This document shows, piece after piece, positions 1 to 9,407 of a stretch of 57,555 nt of DNA. A model generated the notes under the pieces. It was not told the origin of the DNA and ran no database searches. It was given only the letters and a program-made list of their open reading frames with translations. Within the stretch, counting starts at the first letter, position 1; each line of letters opens with the position of its first letter. Source of the DNA: Promethearchaeota archaeon. GTDB taxonomy: Archaea > Asgardarchaeota > Lokiarchaeia > Sigyniarchaeales > SOKP01. Position numbers and translations under genes: made by a program. The stretch spans positions 1-57,555 of the forward strand of contig JAGXOA010000169.1 in the NCBI GenBank assembly GCA_019894715.1, in the 5' to 3' direction.

Positions 1-129
1 GTGGCTTCCTACGAGTACACAACCACTTCTACTACGGGTTGGCCTGTTTATCGTAGAAAACCATTCCATCATATTTGGAATGATTCCTCGTTCACTGAGG
101 ATTCATGCGATAAGAAATTGAATTTTTAA
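1..129 (+). other. Open reading frame entering from the left edge (42 codons, stop TAA at 127-129), or a structured RNA; unassigned
   Basis: Frame 1 is open from base 1 and reads ...VASYEYTTTSTTGWPVYRRKPFHHIWNDSSFTEDSCDKKLNF*. The segment is clearly more GC-rich than its surroundings. It contains an imperfect 12-bp hairpin (78-89 / 98-109). Confidence 0.25.
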
Positions 130-218
130 CTATAATCAATTTCCTTATTAAAATAGTAGTATAGAATTACATAAGAAAGGTGAGAATCTAATGATTTATT
201 TATTTTTTTTCAAACTCA

Positions 219-267
219 ATTCATCACCTCCCTAAAGGGAGGTGTTTTCTTGAGCAATCATGATAAA
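219..267 (-). repeat. IS200/IS605-like left-end-type hairpin repeat (copy A)
   Basis: Perfect 8-bp stem cacctccc/gggaggtg with a taaa loop (225-244), followed by ttttcttgagcaatcatgataa. The same module occurs at 19021-19066, 47391-47437 and, inverted, at 37907-37950. Confidence 0.6.
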
Positions 268-298
268 GTAATAAAAAAATAAGATAAAAACAGAATTT

Positions 299-1039
299 TT
301 ATTTTTTACACTCACTATATGAATATCCAATAAGGATAATACCAATCACAATCCCTATTGCGTTGATGATATAAAAAATCGTTCCAAATTCTGGTAATGT
401 GTAACTTAAAAAATTCATAGTAATTCCTAACGCCAGTGAGAAGTTGCCAATTATAAAGTAATTCCATTTTTTCATCAGTCTTAAATCATTATTTTTGAAA
501 AAAATACGTATTTTAAAGATATGATAAATAATAGGAATTATAACCATAACAGCAAATATTATATAGTAATAGAGAGCAAAAATCCCATCCCATTCTGGTT
601 TATTATCAGTTGCAGCCCCTATGTTAATCCCTTGGAATATAAAATAAGAAGGAATTGTCAATGTAAAAAAGATAATAATAAACAATATTTCCAATAATTT
701 TGAATCTCTTTCTTTTCCATTAAATTTTTCATATAAAAGAAAACAACCAACAGCAAGAAAGATACCCGCCCCATAAAGTAAAGTTATTGTAATATAGTAA
801 AGAATAATTATAATAAGATCAAATTCTCCTTCATTAAACAATCCAAATATAGCATAAATAATATTTAAACTCAATGATATAATTGCAGAGGTATAAAAAA
901 GACCCAATATAAAACTTATATACGTTTTATTCCTTGATAATATTTTTGCATATAAAATATATACAGCTACTATAATAAAGATGGGATTTCCTATAAAAAT
1001 GGACAATATTCGAGGATTAAAAGCCATATCAATCAACAC
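299..1039 (-). CDS. Polytopic integral membrane protein, function unknown
   Basis: 246-aa ORF made almost entirely of hydrophobic segments (about 7-8 predicted TM helices). No recognisable catalytic motif. Confidence 0.6.
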   Translation of the reverse strand: MLIDMAFNPRILSIFIGNPIFIIVAVYILYAKILSRNKTYISFILGLFYTSAIISLSLNIIYAIFGLFNEGEFDLIIIILYYITITLLYGAGIFLAVGCFLLYEKFNGKERDSKLLEILFIIIFFTLTIPSYFIFQGINIGAATDNKPEWDGIFALYYYIIFAVMVIIPIIYHIFKIRIFFKNNDLRLMKKWNYFIIGNFSLALGITMNFLSYTLPEFGTIFYIINAIGIVIGIILIGYSYSECKK

Positions 1040-1181
1040 TTATACAAATTTATCTTATTAATTAGGATAATTCCTACAAATAAATAATAATTTTTTTTAA
1101 TTTATAATAATTATTGATTACCATAATTTAATTCTTATCAATTTTAATCAAATTCATTAAAAAGAAATCATATAAGTATAT

Positions 1182-1814
1182 TTGATAATGGAAGAAAAAT
1201 CAGCTGAAAATTTAGAAAAAGTTCAGATAGAAGGTATTATTGAAAAAGATAAAGTGTTAGTAAGAAGTTTAGAAGGGATTGAGGAATTTTATAACACTTC
1301 CTATATTGGTAATTTAGAGGAGTCAGAAGATAAAAATCAAATTTTAATATTAGATCCTATAGAAGTACTTCTTTTATGTGAAAGACGTAGAATATTATTA
1401 TGGGAAGATAATGATAAAAACAAATCCCAACTCAATTTCGAAAAATTAATTACTTATTTCTCCAAGTATGAGGAAGAATTATGGCAAAAATATACCATTT
1501 ATATGGATCTTAGGAGAAGAGGTTATATAGTCAGGTCAGGCTATGGTGAAGGAATAGAATTTCGGGTGTTTAAACGTGGTGCCAACTTTAATGAAGATTC
1601 AGCAAAATTTCTTATATATCCTGTATTTGAGGGTTATCCTATTGAATTACGAGATTTAGACAAGATTTCTCGAGTAGCCTTGAGTTCTCGCAAAGATTTA
1701 ATTATAGCTACTGTGGATAGATTGAGCAGGCCAATATATTATAGTGTAAGAAAATTTGAAATTCTAAATAAAGATATAAGTGGAGATATTAGAAATCCTA
1801 CACCCCCTAAATAA
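1182..1814 (+). CDS. tRNA-splicing endonuclease (EndA) family protein, probably a non-catalytic/structural paralog
   Basis: The C-terminal domain motif YMDLRRRGYIVRSGYGEGIEFRVF...SAKFLIYPV...SSRKDLIIA matches the archaeal EndA pattern Y.DLR.RG..V..G.KFG..FRVY...HSKYLV...RK. The catalytic Tyr and His positions read F and S. A likely ATG start lies at 1188. Confidence 0.7.
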   Translation: MIMEEKSAENLEKVQIEGIIEKDKVLVRSLEGIEEFYNTSYIGNLEESEDKNQILILDPIEVLLLCERRRILLWEDNDKNKSQLNFEKLITYFSKYEEELWQKYTIYMDLRRRGYIVRSGYGEGIEFRVFKRGANFNEDSAKFLIYPVFEGYPIELRDLDKISRVALSSRKDLIIATVDRLSRPIYYSVRKFEILNKDISGDIRNPTPPK

Positions 1815-1995
1815 GGAGAAAGTTTATCTCTGAGATTCTAAATCATTCTATAGCAAAATTTCTTGCTAAATTTTTAAAAATAAGAAGTTAGATATATTTT
1901 TGTTATGCATACAGACAAAAAGATTTATTAACTTGACTTTCTATGTAATTTTTAAATATTTTCTATTTTCGGGCGATTTTGGGGATTAAAAAAAA

Positions 1996-4900
1996 ATGTT
2001 AAAAAAATACAACAATCGATTTCTAAATATTATTATTGTGTCATTCATCATTTTTGGTATTTTTATACCAAGTTTTTATCATACGATTTTTATTAATGAT
2101 TCTTACTCAAATCAATTTGTTGATAATATTAATGATATAAATATAAAAGCATCAAATAATCATATGTTTGAGGGGAATATAGACCCTTTAAACATAACAG
2201 ATTTTGGAAAATTATACAATAATAGTCAAAGTATATCATTAACTAACGAAGAAGAATATAATCTTCCCTATTTTATAGATACCGTACATGATTGGAATGC
2301 CTCTAAAATAGAGAATTCAATAACAAATATACAAGATACGAGAGATTGGGTTTATGAAAATGATTTTTATGAATTAGATGCTCCTTATATAAGATATGTA
2401 TCTATAGATAGCGCTCATAACTATAGTGCTGATTTGGATGACCTTCCCACAATTCCTGCAAATGTTCATGATAATATTACAGAGATTGGTGCTGCCGCCA
2501 TAAGAATACATTTTACACAAATTGAGTTTCAATTTAATATTGATTTATTATGCATATATGATGGAGTATTTGATCTTAAAACTGCTTTTACAGGTTCAGA
2601 TTCTGATTTTTATACTCCTTGGTTAGCTGCTGAAACATTATTATTAACAGTAACTTCAGATTCATCAATAGAATGGTATGGATATCAAATTGATTATTAT
2701 GAATTTTACAATGAAAGTACAAATTATTATAATTATCAAAGTTATTGGGATTTTAATAATGAAGACACTTGGAATCCAGCAAATTTTGGTCCTGGAGATA
2801 TTGGTGGCAATACAGCTATGTATGCAACATTATTAGCCTATCCATATAGAACTGAAGGTAAACTAGCGGCATATTATTGGGAAGGGGATTTTGCAGAAAT
2901 ATATCAAAATATAACCATCCCAAGAGGAGAAGTAATAGGTGGATATATTAGTTTTGATTATTATGCTGAATCTGCTATGAGATCTAATGAGAATTATATA
3001 TATTGTGAGATAAATAATGAGAAAATTTATTCAAAAGGATTACGTGATATTGTAAATGCAAATAGGACCACATGGCATAACACGGGTAAGATAAATATGG
3101 ATTTATGGATAAATAATACTGAAATATTTAATAATATTCAAAATAATCAAGATATTAATATTTCAATAGGTGTTATGAGTGGAGCTTCAGTCAGTTATAC
3201 TGGTTTTGAAGACAGATTTGAGCAAATTTTTTGGTTTGATAATATTTCATTAGAACTGACAACATTAGCGAATTCAAGCCAATCAGGAATTGATTTGAAA
3301 TTTGGAGCATCAGGATCATTAGTGGATTTAATAGAAGGTGCAGAGTGGGGAAATAGTAATAGAGATTTTGAAGGGCTTTGGGGGGAATTAAATCCATTAA
3401 TTCTTACTATAAATACAAGCTCTCCAAGCCTTTCTTTTGATTTAAACACATTTATATATGGATATCATAATGGAACTTCTAAGATAAATCAACAAAATAA
3501 TAAAGGTTTATTATATACAATTTTAAATAATGGAACAGTAATTTGGGATTTTTATCATAATTTTTATATGCCTCCATTATATACTGAATTTGAATTTAAA
3601 GTGGATAAACCATTAAATTGGGAAATTTTATCAATTTTAGATCCTACATTTCTCTCAGTTCCTTTTGAAGCGGGTAATATAGGGGATTCTTATGTAAAAA
3701 TTGGTTCTAGTGATGCAAAATATCCAGGATGGTGGAAAATTACAGCAACCTCTCCAAATTATATTGATATTGTAAATACAGAAGTTTCAAAAAATGGGGA
3801 CTGGGGAGAAAATGGATTTCTTACTGGAGATATAGCTCAGATAAGAACTCAAATAAATTATTCAGATGAAATTCCACCCAATTTAGATTCCACAATAGCA
3901 AATTTAACAATCTATGATATAGAAGGTAATATATGGCATCAAGAATCCCAAATACCTAATCTTGCCGATGGAATTGTATTATTTTCTGAAATTGATTTTT
4001 CAACAATGAATACTACGTATGGTGGAATTTATAATTATACTATTTTTTGGACAAATGGAACTGCAATAGGAGGTGTAAAATCTTCATTAACAATTGTTCA
4101 TGATAGTTATCTTACTCTTCTTGAACCAGATCATGCCCAAGAGGATCTTATTGCTAGTGGTAAAGTAGGAGATTATATTCCTGTAAGAATATTTGCAAGA
4201 GATTCTGAGAATAATAATTCACTATCACAAGGTATAGTATCATACAATTGGAGTATAGGATTGGGACCTATTATAAAGTATATGGACGAGACAGTTTCTG
4301 GTATCTATGATGCAATTTTGGATACAGATGATTTAGGTGCACGTGGTTTGTATCACATTGTGATTCAAATTAATCTAAGTGGATATGTATCAAGTAATTT
4401 AACTTTAGGGATAAATTTAGGTGAAGATACAAGTTTACAAAGATTACAATCAGATTCTCAAATCATTATCAATTCAAATAGTACTATCGAATTTTTCTAC
4501 GCTGGTTATGAGGAGGTCGGTATTACAGGAGCAACATTGACAATTAATATTTCAAATCCAATTTATTATTCTACGAGAGAATTAGGAGAAGGAAATTATG
4601 AAGTTGAAATAAATACAACTTTTATAGCTGCTACAGGAATATATATATTGGAATTCACTTTTAATGCTCCAGGATATGAAGAACAAATTCATCTTTATCA
4701 ATTTACAATAATCGATCCACCATCTACATCTGTAGGTCCAAATATTTTACTTTTATCTATTTTAGCTATAGCTGTAGCAATTATAGGAGGATTATCAATA
4801 TTAAGTTTAAGAACATATGTCCTTTTACCAAGAAGGAGGAGAAAAGAATCGGATATACTTGCTAAAACTCAGAGATTTAAAGATCTTAAAAATATACAAG

Positions 4901-5583
4901 CAATTGTTATAATTGATAAACTTAGTGGAGTTCCAATTTTATCAAAAAGCTATTCAATTCTAGAAACACATAAAAAAGAATTATTCTCAGGTTTCATTCA
5001 AGCAATAACTACAATTGGGGAACAAATTGCTGATAAAAAAACACTAAAAAGTTCAAAAGAAGCTAAAATGCAAACATCTAAGAGAGATAGACTTTTAGAG
5101 TTAGATTTCAAGTATTTCTATTGTCTAATTTGTGATATTGAAGATATTCGTGTTGTGTTAGTCCTTAAAGAAAAAGCTTCAGAAAGACTAAAAACTCAAA
5201 TAAGACGTCTTAGTGAAGCATTAACTCTTCAAATCTCAGAGCATCTACAAAATTGGGACGGATCAATAAATAAATTTGAAATCTTAATACCACCAATATT
5301 AGAAGACTATATCGAGATGTATTATAAAGAATCATTTAATCTCAACAATCCAAAACAAGTTGGAAAAATGAAGAGAGAAGGGCAGCTTAATTCAATGCAG
5401 ACCCGAGTTCTTAATGTTATTGATTCTATAGCAAAATATAGAAGTGATTTCTATTTAGAATATGTTCTGAATTCAATACATGAATCAAATAAGGATAAAG
5501 TAGTTATAGCATTAGAATCTCTAATCGAGAAAAAAATAATCATCCCAAAAAGTGTGGATAAAGATTATATGAAATATACTTAA
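1996..5583 (+). CDS. Large type-I membrane surface protein: signal anchor, ~880-aa N-glycosylation-rich ectodomain, one TM helix, ~270-aa cytosolic longin/roadblock-like domain
   Basis: N-terminal hydrophobic anchor (IIIVSFIIFGIFIPSF). About 28 N-x-S/T sequons counted by eye. TM helix ILLLSILAIAVAIIGGLSILSL followed by RRRRK (positive-inside). The cytosolic tail reads IQAIVIIDKLSGVPILSKSY...ELFSGFIQAITTIGEQ...FKYFYCLICDIEDIRVVLVL. Confidence 0.75.
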   Translation: MLKKYNNRFLNIIIVSFIIFGIFIPSFYHTIFINDSYSNQFVDNINDINIKASNNHMFEGNIDPLNITDFGKLYNNSQSISLTNEEEYNLPYFIDTVHDWNASKIENSITNIQDTRDWVYENDFYELDAPYIRYVSIDSAHNYSADLDDLPTIPANVHDNITEIGAAAIRIHFTQIEFQFNIDLLCIYDGVFDLKTAFTGSDSDFYTPWLAAETLLLTVTSDSSIEWYGYQIDYYEFYNESTNYYNYQSYWDFNNEDTWNPANFGPGDIGGNTAMYATLLAYPYRTEGKLAAYYWEGDFAEIYQNITIPRGEVIGGYISFDYYAESAMRSNENYIYCEINNEKIYSKGLRDIVNANRTTWHNTGKINMDLWINNTEIFNNIQNNQDINISIGVMSGASVSYTGFEDRFEQIFWFDNISLELTTLANSSQSGIDLKFGASGSLVDLIEGAEWGNSNRDFEGLWGELNPLILTINTSSPSLSFDLNTFIYGYHNGTSKINQQNNKGLLYTILNNGTVIWDFYHNFYMPPLYTEFEFKVDKPLNWEILSILDPTFLSVPFEAGNIGDSYVKIGSSDAKYPGWWKITATSPNYIDIVNTEVSKNGDWGENGFLTGDIAQIRTQINYSDEIPPNLDSTIANLTIYDIEGNIWHQESQIPNLADGIVLFSEIDFSTMNTTYGGIYNYTIFWTNGTAIGGVKSSLTIVHDSYLTLLEPDHAQEDLIASGKVGDYIPVRIFARDSENNNSLSQGIVSYNWSIGLGPIIKYMDETVSGIYDAILDTDDLGARGLYHIVIQINLSGYVSSNLTLGINLGEDTSLQRLQSDSQIIINSNSTIEFFYAGYEEVGITGATLTINISNPIYYSTRELGEGNYEVEINTTFIAATGIYILEFTFNAPGYEEQIHLYQFTIIDPPSTSVGPNILLLSILAIAVAIIGGLSILSLRTYVLLPRRRRKESDILAKTQRFKDLKNIQAIVIIDKLSGVPILSKSYSILETHKKELFSGFIQAITTIGEQIADKKTLKSSKEAKMQTSKRDRLLELDFKYFYCLICDIEDIRVVLVLKEKASERLKTQIRRLSEALTLQISEHLQNWDGSINKFEILIPPILEDYIEMYYKESFNLNNPKQVGKMKREGQLNSMQTRVLNVIDSIAKYRSDFYLEYVLNSIHESNKDKVVIALESLIEKKIIIPKSVDKDYMKYT

Positions 5584-5587
5584 ATTC

Positions 5588-5614
5588 TTCTTTTTTTTTA
5601 TCTTTTTCTTTTTA
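5588..5614 (+). terminator. Oligo-T archaeal terminator candidate
   Basis: T9 run (5591-5599) plus further T5/T4 runs begin 5 nt after the stop of 1996..5583. Confidence 0.45.
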
Positions 5615-5644
5615 AATAGAATAAATATTTATTTCGAATGGTCA

Positions 5645-5732
5645 TCTATGGGATAGGAAAAAAAAGGAATTTTAGTTATTTCCTTACCATTTGAATGCAA
5701 GAAGACACTCACTTTAGGTAGTGGTAGTTCAA
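5645..5732 (+). repeat. Degenerate IS200/IS605 right-end / omega-RNA-like remnant ending in GGTAGTTCAA
   Basis: The 3' end cactcactttaggtagtggtagttcaa matches the termini at 9455-9486, 20310-20342, 41748-41775 and 47157-47190 (inverted). An upstream small hairpin ctatgggatag resembles ccgtagggactacgg of the 20186 copy. Confidence 0.5.
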
Positions 5733-5871
5733 TAAAATTGGAACATAGAATAATGAGAATCAATAATTATTTATCTTTTCTAACACTAACTATGTTCAAT
5801 AAAAAATCCTAAAATTAAGAGTATTAAAAATTTAAGGATTAAAAATAAAGACTTTAAGAAAATCTAGAATT

Positions 5872-7530
5872 ATGAATAGTAAATTTGTGTGTGATACTTC
5901 TGTAATTTTTAATGGTCAGATACTTAGACTAATTGAGGATGGAGATCTAGGAGAAGTTCCAGAAATTTATATCCCCAATGTTGTTGTAGCAGAAATAGAA
6001 TATAGATCTAATATTCAAAAAGAAATTGGATTTTTTGGGATAAATGTTTTAAAGAAATTAAGAGATTATCATAAGACTAACGAAATTATTTTACATGTTT
6101 CTGGAGATAGACCAACAAGAGATGAAATTAAAATGTCTCCGGGTGGAGAGTTAGATGCCCTTATAAGGCAAGAAGCTACTAAAAATAATGCAACATTGAT
6201 CACTACTGATCGAATTCAAGGAGATATTGGTATTTTTGAAGGATTAGATGTGTTTTATGTAAAAGATTTAACAGAACCTCAACCTCAAGAACCTTTATCT
6301 TTAAAATTATTAGAATTTTTTGATGAAAATACCATGAGTGTTCATTTAAAGAGATATCTTCCACCTTATGCAAAAAAGGGGGCACCTGGAAATTGGCGTC
6401 TTGAAAAAATCTCCGATGACCCAATATCAAATCAATTGATAGAGGATATTGCTTTAGAAATTGTAGAATATGTTCGAGAAGATGAACATTCTTTTATTGA
6501 AATTGATAAATTGGGAGCTTTGGTTACACAAATGCGAGAGTTTAGAATAGTAATTACACGCCCTCCCTTTTCGAATGATATTGAAATTACAGCAGTAAGA
6601 CCTTTAGTTAATTTAGAATTATCAGATTATTCTATTGATATTAATCTAAAAGAGAATTTAGAGAAAGCAGAAGGAATATTAGTATGTGGTGCGCCTGGGG
6701 CGGGAAAGTCTACATTTGCAGCTGCTTTAGCAAATCATTATTTAGAAAGAGAAAAAGTGGTAAAAACATTAGAAAGTGTAAGAGATCTACAAGTAAGACC
6801 GGAAATAACACAATATACAAAACTAGAAGGAAACCTTGAAAATTCAGCAGATATTCTATTACTAGTAAGACCTGATTTTACAATCTATGACGAAGTGAGA
6901 ACCACTAAAGATTTTGAAATTTATACAGATTTTAGGTTATCTGGTGTGGGTATGGTTGGTGTTGTTCATAGTTCTTCTGCTATAGATGCGATTCAAAGAT
7001 TTATTGGTAGAGTGGAACTTGGGATGCTTCCTTCAATAATAGACACAATTATTTTTATTGAAGGGGGAGATATTCAGACGGTATTAGGAGTTAAAATGAC
7101 TGTTAAAGTTCCATCAGGATTTAAAGATAAAGATTTAGCTAGACCAGTCGTTGAAGTTAGAGATTTTAAAACAAATAATTTAGTTTTCGAAGTGTATTCC
7201 TTTGGACAAGATATTGTACTAATCCCAATAAATCCAACTAAATCAAGAAAAAATTATAATGAATATAAAAATTTCATAGAATCAGAATTTAAATTTCAAA
7301 GAGGAGAACGAATAAATTTAGATATCCAAGTTAAGAGTGACAAAATTCTTGTCATAGCACCTTTAAAATTTGCATCAACAAATATTCAAATTCTTGTTGA
7401 AGGAAAACTTCTTTTTACTGGTTCCTTGAGTAGAAATGCGGAAATTAAAATAGCCTTGTCAAATATAGAATCAAAGCATATCTTAAAAGCATTAAATCAA
7501 AATAAGAATATTTATGGATCACCAAAATAA
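5872..7530 (+). CDS. PIN domain + PilT-like P-loop ATPase (+ C-terminal KH-like region), COG1855-type
   Basis: N-terminal PIN-like VCDTSVIFNG...ADGE-type acidic residues. Walker A is GAPGAGKSTFAAALA and Walker B-like is FTIYDEVR. Overall length and domain order match archaeal PIN-PilT ATPases. Confidence 0.75.
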   Translation: MNSKFVCDTSVIFNGQILRLIEDGDLGEVPEIYIPNVVVAEIEYRSNIQKEIGFFGINVLKKLRDYHKTNEIILHVSGDRPTRDEIKMSPGGELDALIRQEATKNNATLITTDRIQGDIGIFEGLDVFYVKDLTEPQPQEPLSLKLLEFFDENTMSVHLKRYLPPYAKKGAPGNWRLEKISDDPISNQLIEDIALEIVEYVREDEHSFIEIDKLGALVTQMREFRIVITRPPFSNDIEITAVRPLVNLELSDYSIDINLKENLEKAEGILVCGAPGAGKSTFAAALANHYLEREKVVKTLESVRDLQVRPEITQYTKLEGNLENSADILLLVRPDFTIYDEVRTTKDFEIYTDFRLSGVGMVGVVHSSSAIDAIQRFIGRVELGMLPSIIDTIIFIEGGDIQTVLGVKMTVKVPSGFKDKDLARPVVEVRDFKTNNLVFEVYSFGQDIVLIPINPTKSRKNYNEYKNFIESEFKFQRGERINLDIQVKSDKILVIAPLKFASTNIQILVEGKLLFTGSLSRNAEIKIALSNIESKHILKALNQNKNIYGSPK

Positions 7531-7665
7531 GTATCATATGAACTAATTCAAAAATATTTCTTCTTTTCTCTTTTAACCAATAGATCTATGATTATATTTA
7601 TATCAATAAAAAATTCAGATGATTTTAATGATATTGTTTTTGCCTGAATTCTGAGATAAAAATTT

Positions 7666-7676
7666 AAAAAAAAAAA
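7666..7676 (-). terminator. Oligo-T (T11 on the minus strand) terminator candidate
   Basis: An A11 run on the plus strand lies 7-17 nt beyond the stop codon of the minus-strand gene 7683..8513. Confidence 0.45.
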
Positions 7677-7682
7677 GGATAA

Positions 7683-8513
7683 TTAGAAAGGAAATCTACC
7701 CGGACCTAGGATTCTTCCATGACGTCTTCTGCCTAACATAGCTCCTCCCATCATTCCATGATGATTATCATGTAAAACATTATCAATAGATAATACAAAA
7801 CCAACAAGAATACGTCTATCAGTCTCATTATCAAGGATTTTTAAAGCGTACGTATCTTGAAAATCAAATAAACCTCCAAGGAATACATCCCTCCAACGAT
7901 CTGCTTTTTCTATTTCAGCAACAATCTTTCCGCTGGAGATTTCTCTAATCTTAAATGACCATCCCATGAATTCTCCTTGCGCTTCATACCATCTATTTCC
8001 AAGAGGATCTTCTAGCCAAAATTTCGGTCGGAAAAAAGAAGTAATTTTTTTCTTAATACGAGCTATTCTATTACCTTGGGAATCCATTAGATCTTGGGCC
8101 CCTCGAGCAGACACAATTTTTGAATGAATAGATGCTGATATAGTCCCATTATTTTCTATTAGTTCAACTTTTTTTCTAATATTAAAAAATATTCTATGCA
8201 TCCTTCCTATAGTTCCACCAGTTTCATCATAGATCTCACCACTTCCAAAATCCCAATATTTTTCTTTTAACACATAATAATTTCTTCTTAAATCAAATAA
8301 ACTTATCTGTGAAGTATCAGATTGCTGAGGTTGCTGAGGTTGCTGAGGTTGCTGAGGTTGTATTGGTTGATTGATTTTCTCGGGTATAGATATTTTCTCT
8401 AATTTACTACCACAATTTTCACAAAATCTTTGTTTTAGATCAGTTATTTCATTTCCACATTCGTTACAATACATTTTTCTTTCATTAAAATTGGATAATT
8501 CATTATATTTCAT
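7683..8513 (-). CDS. Zinc-ribbon + PQQ-repeat linker + LURP-one-related / scramblase-like (tubby-fold) domain protein
   Basis: N-terminal CNECGN...CENCGS zinc ribbon, then a (QPQ)n linker. The body YYVLKEKYWDFGSGEIYDETGGTIGRMHRIFFNIRKKVEL...FWLEDPLGN...FKIREISSGKIVAEIEK resembles the DUF567/LOR family. Confidence 0.55.
   Translation of the reverse strand: MKYNELSNFNERKMYCNECGNEITDLKQRFCENCGSKLEKISIPEKINQPIQPQQPQQPQQPQQSDTSQISLFDLRRNYYVLKEKYWDFGSGEIYDETGGTIGRMHRIFFNIRKKVELIENNGTISASIHSKIVSARGAQDLMDSQGNRIARIKKKITSFFRPKFWLEDPLGNRWYEAQGEFMGWSFKIREISSGKIVAEIEKADRWRDVFLGGLFDFQDTYALKILDNETDRRILVGFVLSIDNVLHDNHHGMMGGAMLGRRRHGRILGPGRFPF
8322..8357. repeat. 4 x 9-bp perfect tandem repeat (ttgctgagg) inside a CDS
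   Basis: Direct reading: ttgctgagg repeated four times. It encodes the QPQQPQQPQQPQQ linker of 7683..8513 on the minus strand. Confidence 0.95.
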
Positions 8514-8605
8514 ATTATAATTTTAAAAAGTAAAGGACTATTTTTTTTTTTTATAGTCCAATTTTTGATAAGACGTTACAATTATTTAAATTTCATTTAT
8601 TTCTG

Positions 8606-9343
8606 TTACCATTCAATTTTTTCTAATTTGTCTAATAAGAGTTTGTAATTATTGTTCAATTCATAATATTCTATTATTGAAAGAGGCCCATCAATTTCAT
8701 CTAATTGACTTAAGTAATGAGAATCGCTACTAGTTGCAACAGGAATTCTAAATGGAATTAGTTTATCATAAAATATTTCTCTATACTTTGTTGAATAATA
8801 TTGTGGATAGTTAGAATTAAACTCGATATAAATATTATATTTTCTGAGAAAATCAAGTAGAATCTTAAAATCGTCATACAGAAAATTGGAAGGATCAAAA
8901 TGAGCTAATCCAAATATTAGTTGATAATCATCTAATTGATAATTATTTTTCCATTCTTTAATTATTTTCTGAATAAATGCTATTGATTCATAAGTCTCTA
9001 GATATTCAAATAAAATCAGATTAAATTCTTGAGGATTAACTAATCTCCTGACAATATTAAAAGAACTTCCCAAATCAATTTCAATTCCTTTTAAAGCTCT
9101 TAGTTTACTTCCAGATTTTTTCAAATAATTATTATAGAAATGAATTTCATCTAGATAATCTTGAATTTTTTCTTGAGAATCTAGTGTTTTTATGATATTT
9201 GATTTCCAAGAATCTGAAAAATGGTCTGTAATTGCAATAAAGTCATAATTCAATTTTTGGGCTTTTTTAATAATTTGCTCTATTGTATTTTTTCCATCAG
9301 AATAATAACTATGAATATGAAGATTAATTTTTGGAAAAATCAT
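8606..9343 (-). CDS. PHP-domain phosphoesterase (histidinol-phosphatase-like)
   Basis: N-terminal INLHIHSYYSDG ... FIAITDH ... SSDSH motifs are typical of PHP-family metal-dependent phosphoesterases. Confidence 0.8.
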   Translation of the reverse strand: MIFPKINLHIHSYYSDGKNTIEQIIKKAQKLNYDFIAITDHFSDSWKSNIIKTLDSQEKIQDYLDEIHFYNNYLKKSGSKLRALKGIEIDLGSSFNIVRRLVNPQEFNLILFEYLETYESIAFIQKIIKEWKNNYQLDDYQLIFGLAHFDPSNFLYDDFKILLDFLRKYNIYIEFNSNYPQYYSTKYREIFYDKLIPFRIPVATSSDSHYLSQLDEIDGPLSIIEYYELNNNYKLLLDKLEKIEW

Positions 9344-9407
9344 TTTATTTTTATTTCTGATTCATTCAATTTTACCTTTTATATCTCTATAATTCCAATA
9401 AATACAT

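Noticed and set aside
221-244. The string tcatcacctcc resembles the 3' end of 16S rRNA (GGATCACCTCC).
   Set aside because: It is the left arm of a perfect hairpin belonging to a dispersed repeat family, with no rRNA-like sequence upstream. It is a coincidental anti-Shine-Dalgarno look-alike.
8535-8559. Inverted repeat ggactat-T11-atagtcc between two minus-strand genes, considered as a terminator.
   Set aside because: On the transcribed (minus) strand the loop is A11 and no U-tract follows the stem, so it does not fit archaeal oligo-T termination for the upstream gene. Its function is unknown and it may just be AT-rich spacer.
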